Sequence record: MN850633.1 | Reading direction: 5' to 3' (one strand) | Source: Escherichia phage allfine | DNA length: 64,000 nucleotides | Shown here: positions 54,390 through 64,000 of the stretch, in pieces | Layout: the number at the start of each line of letters is the position of its first letter | How positions within the stretch are numbered: position 1 is the stretch's first letter | Program-made: the position numbers and the translations under genes | Notes under the pieces: model-generated | What the model was told of the DNA's origin: nothing | Databases searched by the model: none | Seen by the model: the letters and a program-made list of their open reading frames with translations, nothing else

Positions 54390-54451
54390 TATGGCTCTCC
54401 ATATGAAAAAGCCCCATACTAAGTACAGGGCTTTAAAGTAACTTTTAGAGA

Positions 54452-55318
54452 TTAGTCTTCTGTATCGAAGTCTTCATCTTCTTCGTCATCTGGGTCTGGC
54501 AAATCTTCATCATCACCGTCATCAGAATCATCAGAATCATTCGAAGGTTTGTGGTCTGTTGCGTCTTCTTCAGTGATTTCACCGTTATCTTCAACACCAT
54601 CAAGACCAAGCATAGCCAGTTCATCTTCATCCAGTTCAGGTTCACCATTAGCACCGTTACCACCAGTGTAAGGTACAAGAGTATCAATGATAAACTGTTC
54701 CTGAATAGGTTTTGTCAGAACATTGTTCTCAAAAGTGTAGAAGTGAGTAGAAAGAATCACACTACCAAAAGAACCGTTACCAACTGCAATATCTGGATGA
54801 ATTACATCATAGTTCTTGTCATCTTCATGTTTATCAGATGCTTGAGCTTTAATTTTCTTCATCGGCTGTTTAACAGCTACACGCTTACCATTTACTTCTT
54901 CAATAAGCATAACAGGGAATGACTGTTTAGCTGTCCATACAGCACCATCTTTATAAGCTGCTGCACGACTTACTTTCAAGATGTAGTAAGTGTCTGCTTC
55001 AAATGGTGGTTTGCAGCCAAACTTCTCTTCGAAGTCATCTGCATCAACTGCTTCAGTAGTAACTTTATCCCAACCTTCTGGGTTCTTCTTAGACTTAGTA
55101 AACTCTTTAAAGAGCTTGTTACCATCTTCTGCCAGAATTGAAACACTGTAGTTGCAGTCTTTTCCTGGGAATTTCTTATCAATGGATTTACCTTTACCCG
55201 GACGTGGTGAAGTGTTCAGGTAATAAAACCAGACATCTTTCAGCAGGTAACGCAGAGTTTGACGTTCAGTACCGTTGTACTTCTCTACCGGAGCTTTCAT
55301 TTTAACAACTTTAGACAT
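54452..55318 (-). CDS. single-stranded DNA-binding protein-like, acidic C-terminal tail (288 aa)
   Basis: Position between primase-helicase and exonuclease; extremely acidic C-terminal tail ending DEEDEDFDTED. Confidence 0.5.
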   Translation of the reverse strand: MSKVVKMKAPVEKYNGTERQTLRYLLKDVWFYYLNTSPRPGKGKSIDKKFPGKDCNYSVSILAEDGNKLFKEFTKSKKNPEGWDKVTTEAVDADDFEEKFGCKPPFEADTYYILKVSRAAAYKDGAVWTAKQSFPVMLIEEVNGKRVAVKQPMKKIKAQASDKHEDDKNYDVIHPDIAVGNGSFGSVILSTHFYTFENNVLTKPIQEQFIIDTLVPYTGGNGANGEPELDEDELAMLGLDGVEDNGEITEEDATDHKPSNDSDDSDDGDDEDLPDPDDEEDEDFDTED

Positions 55319-55390
55319 TATTTAAACCTCTATCTCAATTTATGAAGAGTACCAATTCTAATTTGTTGATACTCTATTGTCAAACATTAA

Positions 55391-55540
55391 TTACTGGAAG
55401 TTGTGCTTATCTTTAGAAGCTGCTTTACGTGCGGTTTTTCCAGTTCTTACACGCTTCTCTTCATAGTATTTTGCTGGTTTTCCAGCAGTGGCTTTTAAGG
55501 AATCCCCAAAAACTTTTTCAAATGCTTTAGAGTGTTTCAT
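55391..55540 (-). CDS. small basic protein (49 aa); absent from ORF track
   Basis: Hand translation MKHSKAFEKVFGDSLKATAGKPAKYYEEKRVRTGKTARKAASKDKHNFQ; ATGA overlap with upstream ORF and GGAG RBS. Confidence 0.35.
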   Translation of the reverse strand: MKHSKAFEKVFGDSLKATAGKPAKYYEEKRVRTGKTARKAASKDKHNFQ

Positions 55541-55824
55541 GATATTCTCCGATATACTTGATATTCAAACACATTTTCTTTAATTATAAACAGCCAACTG
55601 ATATTATGCTTAGGCAGTGCAACGATGACTGTAATCGTGCTTTGGTAGAAATCTTCTTTTATCTCAACCTCCCCATTGCATTTCATGAGGAGCATTCTAT
55701 AGAACCTATCAATCTTTGTCAAACACTCTTCCTGAAATTCATTTAAACTTTTTTCTTCAAAGAAGGGTATAAACCCCTCTCTTTTATAACTATCACTCAG
55801 TTTCGAACGGGCAGTCATCTGCAT
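55537..55824 (-). CDS. hypothetical protein (up to 95 aa)
   Basis: ORF overlapping 3-prime end of primase-helicase gene; true start may be an internal Met. Confidence 0.35.
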   Translation of the reverse strand: MQMTARSKLSDSYKREGFIPFFEEKSLNEFQEECLTKIDRFYRMLLMKCNGEVEIKEDFYQSTITVIVALPKHNISWLFIIKENVFEYQVYRRIS

Positions 55825-57784
55825 CCTCGCTTAATACAGGTGGAATTGTTGAACTTTGACGCTGTTCTTCAGTATAGACTTCACCAGTCTCACGGTCAAA
55901 CACTTCATCCTCATAATGAGGTAAAGAGTCATCGTAATGGTCTTCAGCTTCACCAATGCCAAACTGTTGACGAATATTTTCTGCTGCACCATCAATGTCA
56001 ACACCACATCCAGAAGCTTTGATAAGGCGGCCTGTATCTGGATTGTACCAAGTATGACCAGCAATACCTGTTGACTTACCATGACGACGACACTTAGTTA
56101 ACTTGATTTTTGTCAAGTTTTTCTTAACAGGGTCTGGGTCAACCTTGTTACGCATTAACAGAATGTTGTTCATGGAAATCTGGAAATACGCACCAGAACC
56201 TTTAATGTCCTCTTCAGAGATATCTCCACCTTCAGAGTTAGCTTTCTGACCACCTGCACTCTTACGAACGTGACAGACGTTCACCTGTGCGTACTGGTAG
56301 CGTTTGCAACGACGCAATAGCTCAGACAAAACTTCCTCTTCATCCGTATCTGAACGTGACAGAGCCAACGTAATAGGGTCAAGAATGATAATCTTACAGT
56401 CTAAACTATTAACAAGATAGTCAACAAACTCCAGCAGGTTATCTTGGTCAATTGCCCCTTGATGGTCAACGATATGGATGCGACGACCTTTTGAAAGCTC
56501 GGCGTGTGCTCCCTTTAGTTCATCCCAATCTCGTTCATCATAAGGAATCTCAGAAATCTGCTTGCTTAGGTGGATTGCACAGAGCATCTCCATCAACTCT
56601 TCATAGGTATCTTCTACAGGAATTACACCGATATTATAATCAGTTTCTTTCCAAGCTGAATAAATCATCTCACGAGTGTAAGCTGATTTACCTACTGAAG
56701 ACGGTGCTGCAATAGTCGTAATCTCACCTAAACCGTAACCACCATAAGTCAACCTGTTCAAATCTCCGAAAGATTCTGGGAAGGGAATCAATGGAATCTG
56801 ACCACGATTCTTCATTGCCTCAAAACCATCTGCGAAGTTCTTGATACCAGCAGGGCAGTAACGAGGTGCGTTGTAGATACGCTGTTTAAATCCTTCCAGA
56901 ACTGTGTCTTTCTCTTTATAGAACTTTGTCCACCATTCGTTAAGGTCTTTTACACCTTCTGGATACTGGAATAAACGAACCTTCTCAATAGGTAGGATAC
57001 CAGCAGCTTCTTTGGTAGCTTTAGCACCTGCTTCATCGTTATCAAAGCACAAGTAAATCTCATCAAATGATGTAATGTACTGATAGTTGTCTTTGATAGA
57101 CTTAATGTTTGCACCTGATGGAACAGATACGTGACAGTAATTCTTACGACGAGACTTGTCCTTAATCGCCAAAGAAGTCATGTAGATAGCTGTCGCACAT
57201 TCCATCTCACCTTCCCAGATGAATAGACGGTTACCACCTTCTGGAGCAATCCATGAACCGAACATTGCTAGTTCACCTTTAATGTCTCCAACACCACCAG
57301 AAAAGTCTTTTAGCTTACCACGTAGGTGCTCTTTTGGATGGTCTTCTGGGTAACGGTGACGAACACGGTAGCCAACATGTTCTAGCTTACCATCTTCATT
57401 ACGTTTGTAAGTTGGATAGAAGTGCGCATCAATTTCACCGTCACTGTCAATGTCAACCTTGATACCTAAGCGTTCAAGGACTTTTGCAGGAATCTTCCTA
57501 TCCTTTAAGTCCATTGCTTCAAGGTTTTCTTTCACATCGTCTAAATCCATTCCACGGAAAGTACGGTTTTTATTGTCTGAACCAGTAGAATAAGTGCTCA
57601 CGATTTGTCCTTTATCAAAATCCCACTCTGGGAAACCTTTGTTACAACTAAAGCAAGTCATTGAATAAGAATCATTGTCATGATGATAGATTGAACCAGC
57701 ATCTGATGAACCACAACGTGGACATGCACAATGACCAATAAACTGACCAGCCTCTTTCAATTTACGACCTTTAGACATTAGCAC
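55793..57784 (-). CDS. DNA primase-helicase, T7 gp4-like (663 aa)
   Basis: N-terminal zinc ribbon CPRCGSSD...CFSCNKG, central TOPRIM-like region, C-terminal helicase Walker A APSSVGKSAYTREM. Confidence 0.85.
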   Translation of the reverse strand: MLMSKGRKLKEAGQFIGHCACPRCGSSDAGSIYHHDNDSYSMTCFSCNKGFPEWDFDKGQIVSTYSTGSDNKNRTFRGMDLDDVKENLEAMDLKDRKIPAKVLERLGIKVDIDSDGEIDAHFYPTYKRNEDGKLEHVGYRVRHRYPEDHPKEHLRGKLKDFSGGVGDIKGELAMFGSWIAPEGGNRLFIWEGEMECATAIYMTSLAIKDKSRRKNYCHVSVPSGANIKSIKDNYQYITSFDEIYLCFDNDEAGAKATKEAAGILPIEKVRLFQYPEGVKDLNEWWTKFYKEKDTVLEGFKQRIYNAPRYCPAGIKNFADGFEAMKNRGQIPLIPFPESFGDLNRLTYGGYGLGEITTIAAPSSVGKSAYTREMIYSAWKETDYNIGVIPVEDTYEELMEMLCAIHLSKQISEIPYDERDWDELKGAHAELSKGRRIHIVDHQGAIDQDNLLEFVDYLVNSLDCKIIILDPITLALSRSDTDEEEVLSELLRRCKRYQYAQVNVCHVRKSAGGQKANSEGGDISEEDIKGSGAYFQISMNNILLMRNKVDPDPVKKNLTKIKLTKCRRHGKSTGIAGHTWYNPDTGRLIKASGCGVDIDGAAENIRQQFGIGEAEDHYDDSLPHYEDEVFDRETGEVYTEEQRQSSTIPPVLSEDADDCPFETE

Positions 57785-57971
57785 CTCTTCGTTGTAGTTC
57801 TGCCTTCAATCCGTTTTCAATCTTGTCCAGTTCATGAATTTCATCTGCAATCTCTTTCCTTCGTGATTCAACTCTCTTAAGACGTTCAATCATTACCTCA
57901 TTGGAAAGAGATGAGAGTTCCACTAAACGGTGGTCAATAACTTTAAAATTGTCTTTTACTCTCATCTTCAT
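57771..57971 (-). CDS. hypothetical protein (66 aa)
   Basis: ORF, coiled-coil-like. Confidence 0.45.
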   Translation of the reverse strand: MKMRVKDNFKVIDHRLVELSSLSNEVMIERLKRVESRRKEIADEIHELDKIENGLKAELQRRGANV

Positions 57972-57979
57972 TCTCTCTT

Positions 57980-58723
57980 TTAAACTTTAATGATGGCTCT
58001 TAGCTTGTTCTCAAGGTCTGCAAGAGTACCATTATTATGAATAATGTCACGCTCATATTTTGTAGAAATCCCATTTTCTGAAACATGTGATGAAACTTTG
58101 TCCACATTGTCTCTTTTTACTTCAATAGTTTGGTGTGCAAATCTACTCAGCCATTCAGCTTCAGAGTCAAATCTTAAATCACTGATTAAGACAAAACCAT
58201 ATTGGTTTCTAAGTGAGCACATTTCATGGAATCTAACCATTCGTTTTTCGAGGTCTTTAGCCCAGAACTTGTCACCCATAACTTTACGGATGACTTCAGT
58301 GCCCCAAATCTGTTGGATTTGTCTTGATGAGAATTTATACTTCTTGCTAAATCCCAGACGTGTTAATAGAGTCGGTTTAGCAACCTTCTTAAGCTCCATA
58401 ATTAATCGCCCGGTTAGTTCTGACATAAGCTTAAAATCCATATGGTAACGCTCACCTTTGAAGGTAAACTCCATAGCTTCTGTAACTTTGAACATCAGTT
58501 CAGGATATGATAAGTCAAAAACCTGTGGAGTCTCTTTAGTTTCACCATACAGGTCATTCCAAGTTAGGTCAAATATCTTTGATGCAGATAGCTTAAGGTT
58601 GTCTGCATAAGCCATTACTGCAACATTGTAGCCGTACTCATCCTCTAAGATGTTCTTCACAATAGAACATGATGTGTCTTTTCCAGAACGTGCCTTTCCA
58701 GTAAATGCAATAATATTACTCAT
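57980..58723 (-). CDS. deoxynucleoside monophosphate kinase, T4 gp1-like (247 aa)
   Basis: P-loop AFTGKARSGKDT matches T4 dNMP kinase LSGVKRSGKDT. Confidence 0.75.
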   Translation of the reverse strand: MSNIIAFTGKARSGKDTSCSIVKNILEDEYGYNVAVMAYADNLKLSASKIFDLTWNDLYGETKETPQVFDLSYPELMFKVTEAMEFTFKGERYHMDFKLMSELTGRLIMELKKVAKPTLLTRLGFSKKYKFSSRQIQQIWGTEVIRKVMGDKFWAKDLEKRMVRFHEMCSLRNQYGFVLISDLRFDSEAEWLSRFAHQTIEVKRDNVDKVSSHVSENGISTKYERDIIHNNGTLADLENKLRAIIKV

Positions 58724-58784
58724 TTTATCTCCCTTAATTACTAAAAAGCCCCCAACTAAGGAGGCTTGTAAAATTTATAAAGAC

Positions 58785-59585
58785 TTAGTGCAGTTGCTCA
58801 GCATACTCTTTTTCAGCCATAGCTGAGATTTGCTTCACAAAATCATCACCGAAGTTAATGCGTAGTTTCTCTTCAATGATTGAAGCACCAATGTTCACCA
58901 AAACATCATTGATTGCTTGCATACTGACGCCACCAGTCATCTCTTCAATGAACTCAATACTCACACCCATCATCTGTGAAAGTTGGATTAGTGCAACAAT
59001 ATTCATCATCGTAGAGATAGCTGGAATCATCAGTGCAACTTTCACCTGAAGTGGTTCTATATCAGCTACAGAGTCATTTTCAACAGCTTCTTCCAAAGAC
59101 TCTTTAGTTTGCTGTATAATCTCTTTGATTCGTGGGTTTAATTCTTCTACGCCCCAATCAAGTTTTTCATATCGTGAAAGTTTCTCTTCCATACGCTTCT
59201 CAAGAACAGCCATAATAGCACTCGTTGATGAGATAAGCATATCAATAATGAAATCAGTGTCCTTAGTCAGCAACAGTTCCTTATCTTCGTCTGACATCCT
59301 GATATAGTCATTCTTTTGCATTTCATAAAAAATGAACTCAGCAAGTGCATCAACACCAACCGCAATAGATGCCAGAGCAAGTGTAGTGTCTGTCAACATC
59401 ATATTAACCTGTTCTGCAAAAGCACCGTTATCAGACTTGTCTTCAGGCAAGTTATAGCTTGCAGGCATAAACTGTTCTGTGTAGTTGTTGCCACGAAGAA
59501 TCATAGCCATGCTTTCTACGGCATTGATTAAGAACGCTTCGTCAATACCTTTTTCTTCAAGCATCTTTTCTACATCGATATTCAT
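58785..59585 (-). CDS. hypothetical protein (266 aa)
   Basis: ORF. Confidence 0.5.
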   Translation of the reverse strand: MNIDVEKMLEEKGIDEAFLINAVESMAMILRGNNYTEQFMPASYNLPEDKSDNGAFAEQVNMMLTDTTLALASIAVGVDALAEFIFYEMQKNDYIRMSDEDKELLLTKDTDFIIDMLISSTSAIMAVLEKRMEEKLSRYEKLDWGVEELNPRIKEIIQQTKESLEEAVENDSVADIEPLQVKVALMIPAISTMMNIVALIQLSQMMGVSIEFIEEMTGGVSMQAINDVLVNIGASIIEEKLRINFGDDFVKQISAMAEKEYAEQLH

Positions 59586-59586
59586 A

Positions 59587-60009
59587 TTATTTCTCTCTCA
59601 GTTGGTTAAGTTTCTTTCTAGAACATTTTAAGTTTTCGGATGAAGAAAAGTCAAGTGTCTTTTCAGAACGTGGATAATAGTGTCTATCCCAAGAAGTTTC
59701 AACATCGTTAATCAGTGACGCTAGATTACACAGGTCTGTACCACTTTGCAACCTCTTTTTAAGAGAATCTAGTAAAGCAACTGTGTCTTTAGCTTTACGT
59801 CTTGCTGTAGCAACATCTTTCATATGCTCAAATACAGAGCATTTTAAGTCATCTTCATAGTTTTCAGACAACTCTATTTCATGTTGTATATCAACCATTC
59901 TCCTGTGATGGTGAGCATATTCCCGTTGAGCAGCAATGTCAAGTTCTTCCAACTTCTGCAAAGCTCTAACAAAGTCAGCTATGTCTGGGTGAACAAACAT
60001 TTTCTGCAT
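59587..60009 (-). CDS. hypothetical protein (140 aa)
   Basis: First ORF of minus-strand unit next to divergent region. Confidence 0.5.
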   Translation of the reverse strand: MQKMFVHPDIADFVRALQKLEELDIAAQREYAHHHRRMVDIQHEIELSENYEDDLKCSVFEHMKDVATARRKAKDTVALLDSLKKRLQSGTDLCNLASLINDVETSWDRHYYPRSEKTLDFSSSENLKCSRKKLNQLREK

Positions 60010-60185
60010 GTAAGCCTCTTTTAAGTAACTATTAAGTTTTAATCTTTTATCTTAACGTATTCTATACGTTATACTTTAAAGCTTTTTAAAAGCTATTAAA
60101 TAATCTTTTAAGAGTTTTAAAGTATCTGTATAGTTAAACTGTTAAGTAACCTTTTAAGTAAAAACCCACTTCGCAAAGATTAACA

Positions 60186-60207
60186 CCTTGTCAAGTACAT
60201 TGTCAAC
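60186..60207. promoter_or_regulatory. conserved 22-bp motif CCTTGTCAAGTACATTGTCAAC in divergent region upstream of DNA polymerase
   Basis: 21 of 22 identical to motif at 15117-15138; surrounded by repeated CTTTTAAG motifs in AT-rich 258-bp spacer. Confidence 0.45.
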
Positions 60208-60267
60208 TTGCTTTTTATAATTTTTTGCAGTAATGTATGAGGTTAATGGTTTTAGAGGGAGTAAAAA

Positions 60268-62410
60268 ATGGAAAACGTAGATTTTAAAAACTTACATTTG
60301 GTTGGTGATACAGAGACTGATGGTTTACTCCTTGAGTTCACTAAAGTTCACGTAATGGCTTTTGCAGACTATAAATCTGACGATGAAGAGCCTCCTGTAT
60401 GGGTCTTTACAGATGAGCCTATCCTCGGTCACAAGTACACTAAGTACATCAAGGGTGGTTTACGTGAAGGTGTTGAATTTGTGTTAAAGGCAAAACGTCT
60501 TTGCATCCATAATGGTCTCGGTTATGACTGGTGGGTTTTCAATCACATTGCACCTGATTTATGGAACTTTGATAATCCAAAATGTAAGCCGTGGAGTAAT
60601 TTCTTTCAGGATTCTCTTATCCAGTCTCGTGTTCAGTGGATGGATAGACCAACTCCAAAGGGTTATAAAGGTGCTCATGGCTTGGCTGCATGGGGTGCTC
60701 GTGTTGGTGTCCGTAAACCAGAGATTGAGCATTGGGGTGTGTGGAATGCAGAAATCTTCACTCGTGTTGTAGAAGATATCCGTATTAACGCCAAAACTAA
60801 ACGGGCACTTGATAACGAGTATCTCAAGCTTAAGAAGTGTGGCATAGACACTTATGAAACCTACATGCGAGCTAAAGAAACATCTTTCTGGATGAGTCAA
60901 CAAGCTATCAATGGTTGGAAAGCTGATAAAGAGCTTATGGAGTTCCATGTAAAGGAACTTGACAAGTTGACTAATGAGCTTGCTTCAGAGGTTGAACCAC
61001 ATCTACCTCCAACTATTAAGACCAAAGGTAAAGTCACTGGAGAAGAGTTTGCAAAAGCTTGGAATGAGTATGTTGAAGCATTTGGTCATGCAGATGGACT
61101 GAAAAGAATTACCAAGTACCCTAAGACAAAGTATCGTCAGCAGGTACGTAATGGTGAGATGCAGACATACGAAATCAAACCATTTGGTAAGCCAACTACA
61201 AAGATTTTTAACATTGAAAAGAGAAATTGCTATACACCAACCAACTCTGTAACTGGTGAAGAGTACAAGGAAGGCTTTGTAGCAATGAAGGATGCTCGTG
61301 CAATTTGCAATGAGTTGAATGCAAAGATTGGTAAGAAATGCAAAGACTGGAAGCCAGTAAAAACAGTCAAAACTGTGAAGTACTATAACAGCCACGTTGT
61401 TAACCACTTTGAACTTGAGTCAAGTCGCTACACAGGTTTGATTGATGCACCATATACACCAATTGAGTTTGAAGTTTCTCGTATGACTCAGGTAGCAGTT
61501 GTTAAAGACTACTTGAAATCAGTTGGTTGGATTCCAGATGACTGGAACTACAAGAAAGACTCAGACGGTCGCCCTGTAAAAGTTTGTCGTTTCAAAGACA
61601 ATAAAAAGATGATTACAAAACATCCTAAGTGGCAGGAAATGGTTGAGCGGTGTGGTTTGAGTTATGTTGAACATGAAGGTGTGCAGTACATTGAGCATAA
61701 CTGGTCCGTGAAGAAATACACAGACTTGCTTGAGCCTTGCTTAATCCGTACTTCACCAAAACTTACTGAATCATCTTATGATACGATTGAAGGTGAACTT
61801 GGACAGAAGATTGCTAAGTACTATACTTTGATGCACAGACGCAGAACTATTGAGAACTCAAAGGATGATGAAAAAGGTTGGTTGAACCAGATTCGTCCTG
61901 ATGGTCGCCTTAGTGCTGGTGCGATGGTGTTCGGTACTTCAACTGGACGTATGACACAATATGGTATTGTAAACGTACCGTCTGGTGCTGCTGTCTATGG
62001 AGCACCTATGAGGGAGGTGTGGATTTGTGAAGAGGGGACTAACATTGTTTCTGTTGACCAGAACTCAGCTCAGCTTGTTTTACTGTGTAACTTTATGGGT
62101 GATAAAGATTTCACCAAAGCGGTAACTGAAGGTAAAGAGTTTGTAGAGTTCACTAAACAGGATGATGGACGATACTACTGCAAGCATCTTGATAAGTACC
62201 TAAATCCAGAGGCTGATAAATATTGTCGTTACGATGCTGATAACGATTTGTATGAAGTCTATACAGGTACTGATGCGCATACACTTAACAGTATCTATTT
62301 TGCATTGAACAAAGAAGAAGATATTATCCGTTGTAGAGAGACACAGGATGAGGAACTTCTTCACGAGATAACTAAAGGCCGTAAGAAGGCTAAGAATGGT
62401 ATCTATGCGT
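60268..62410 (+). CDS. DNA polymerase, family A (Pol I/T7-like), exon 1
   Basis: Exo I motif DTETDG at N-terminus, motif A VDQNSAQL, O-helix start RKKAKNGIYA truncated at predicted splice site. Confidence 0.85.
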
Positions 62411-63215
62411 CAGTGGCGCATGTAAAACGTTGTGAATTGCTGGAAGCCTAAGTCTGTAAAGATATGGTAATCAGCAGCGAAGTCTCTGTTAGGACTCCTA
62501 TAGTAGAAATGGGAGAGAGACAATGGCAGGTTATAAAGAAAGAGTTTGTTCCAGATGTGGCGAAGAGTTTAAGCCATATCAGTACAATCAAAAACGTTGT
62601 AGAAACTGCGTTCTTGAAGTAGACAGAAGAGCAGCAAGTCGTGTCATAGAAAAGGTATGTCCAAGCTGCAATAACCAATTCACACCTAGAACAGCAAGAC
62701 AGACATATTGCAGTTCTACATGTGGAGAAAAGGGAAGGGTAAAGAACTACTACTTAAGGACTTACGGCCTAGAAAGAGAAGAGGTTGAAGAGTTGTTAAG
62801 TAAATGTGGCCATAAGTGCCAAATCTGTGGCGGTGAAGGTTTCATCATGAATGGCTCAAGACATAAAGCTAAACTTGTTGTTGACCATGACCACAAAACA
62901 GGTAAGGTGAGAGGGATGTTGTGCCACAACTGTAACAGAGGTCTTGGCTTGTTCTCAGACAGTGTAGATAATATGCAGAGAGCAATTGCATACCTTAGTA
63001 AACAATAGTATTTTAGAGTTCCTAACAGAGAAACGTTCAGAGACTATCGAAAAGCATACTTAATGTGTGAACTGAGTAGAGTAGGATGGTAAGCTAATGA
63101 CCATTCCCAAGTGCAACGGTAGTATTACTACTACGTGATATAGTCCGACACTCCGTAGAAATGCGGAGAAGTTCATAAGAGAACTGGTACACCTTGCGAG
63201 TGTATTGACCAGATG
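62411..63215 (+). mobile_element. putative group I intron in DNA polymerase gene carrying endonuclease VII-type HNH ORF
   Basis: Splicing 62410 to 63216 gives in-frame ...KNGIYALLFGAGDEK..., matching T7 O-helix IYGFLYGAGDEK; exon ends in U, intron ends in G; P7-like pairing AGACUAU / AUAUAGUCC. Confidence 0.65.
62523..63008 (+). CDS. HNH endonuclease, endonuclease VII-type (intron-encoded, 161 aa)
   Basis: Multiple CxxC zinc knuckles plus LVVDHDHKTGKVRGMLCHNCNRGLG His-Me finger motif; own RBS. Confidence 0.8.
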   Translation: MAGYKERVCSRCGEEFKPYQYNQKRCRNCVLEVDRRAASRVIEKVCPSCNNQFTPRTARQTYCSSTCGEKGRVKNYYLRTYGLEREEVEELLSKCGHKCQICGGEGFIMNGSRHKAKLVVDHDHKTGKVRGMLCHNCNRGLGLFSDSVDNMQRAIAYLSKQ

Positions 63216-63772
63216 TATTGTTCGGTGCAGGTGATGAGAAGTTTGCCAAAACCATTAAGGCAGCTTCTACAGAGGAAGGTGCATTGACTAAGCAGACCTA
63301 CTATATGCGTCTACCAAAGATTAAGAAGCTACTTGACAGGTTAGAGGAAGACTTCAAAGCAACTAAGAAGGCACTTGAAGAGGTTTTTGGAAAAACTTCT
63401 GCAATTGCCAAAGGTGGTTATATCAAAGTCGCTGGAGCGTGGTTATGGTGTAAATCTCCACATAAGTTATTGAATTTCACACTCATGGGTAGTGAGGCGC
63501 AGGTTCAGAATGAAGCAATCAACCTTGCTTGCAGAAGAATGATTGATGAAGGTTTGATGAAGTTGAACGGTCGTAAACCAGCTATAGGTGCTCGTTTATT
63601 GTGCTCCTATCACGACGAGACGAGTTGGGAATGCCCAGAAAGTATGACGGCAGAAGTGAAAGCAGTTACTGACTGGTATTATGGACAAGCTTCTAAGAAC
63701 TTAGGTCTTAAGAAAGAAACACTTGTTACAGGTACTGGTAAGGTTGGTAAATCGTGGTATGAGGTACACTAA
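63216..63772 (+). CDS. DNA polymerase, family A, exon 2 (C-terminal part)
   Basis: Begins (L)LFGAGDEK completing O-helix; contains motif C LCSYHDE. Confidence 0.8.
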
Positions 63773-63828
63773 TTAGTATTGACAAGGTGCTCAGGGAAGA
63801 GTACCTTATACTATATCTTGTATAGGAG

Positions 63829-64000
63829 GACTTATGAGCCACCGTGGAAGAACCCATGCAGCAATGATGAAAGGTGCTTCAAAGGAAACTATCAAGAATC
63901 GTAAACAGAAGTTGTTTGAGAGAATGAACAGGTTAATTGAAAATTCATCTCTTTCAGGTTCTGAAAAGGTTTTCTTGAAAGGTAATCTGAAAAGTATTGC
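63829..64000 (+). CDS. hypothetical protein, partial (runs off window end)
   Basis: ATG at 63829 preceded by AGGAGGA RBS; N-terminus MSHRGRTHAAMMKGASKETIKNRKQKL; open to window end. Confidence 0.45.

Noticed and set aside
54408-54433. Possible terminator after the SSB-like gene, and a similar one at about 58741-58770
   Set aside because: Stems are short or mismatched with long loops and the U-tract is weak; not confident enough to annotate
60268-63772. Alternative reading of the DNA polymerase as two independent genes split by a free-standing endonuclease
   Set aside because: The break falls inside the O-helix and precise in-frame joining restores the conserved motif, with group I boundary nucleotides and a P7-like pairing; an intron is more parsimonious, though untested
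1-64000. Integrase, excisionase, repressor or transposase genes indicating a temperate phage or insertion element
   Set aside because: No tyrosine/serine recombinase or DDE transposase motifs seen in any ORF of this window; content is consistent with a virulent phage, though the rest of the genome is unseen

Overview
This window is an AT-rich segment of a large virulent tailed dsDNA phage (Caudoviricetes) genome, almost fully coding. From left to right it holds: (1) a minus-strand head morphogenesis module (large terminase with Walker A, portal, S49-type prohead protease/scaffold, major capsid); (2) a ~5 kb minus-strand array of about 27 tRNA genes whose anticodons cover all 20 amino acids, interspersed with atypical tRNA-like elements and repeats and headed by a vWA-domain (possibly TROVE/Ro60-like) gene; (3) a plus-strand block of small genes ending in a GH24 lysozyme; (4) a 1.65 kb non-coding, iteron-rich zone where the two transcription directions converge; (5) a minus-strand array of 15 small unknown ORFs, each preceded by a conserved RBS plus stem-loop cassette; (6) a long minus-strand block with a macro-domain protein, overlapped spanin-like pair, rIIA/rIIB-like genes, an adjacent NAMPT-family and Prs-family pair (candidate NAD+ reconstitution, anti-defence), aerobic and anaerobic ribonucleotide reductases, glutaredoxin, dNMP kinase, primase-helicase, SSB-like protein and 5-prime-3-prime exonuclease; (7) a plus-strand family-A DNA polymerase. 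Both nrdD and the DNA polymerase appear to be interrupted by group I introns carrying HNH endonuclease ORFs. All calls rest on reading the sequence and motif recall only; no database search or folding program was run, so tRNA boundaries and identities are approximate (a few nt).
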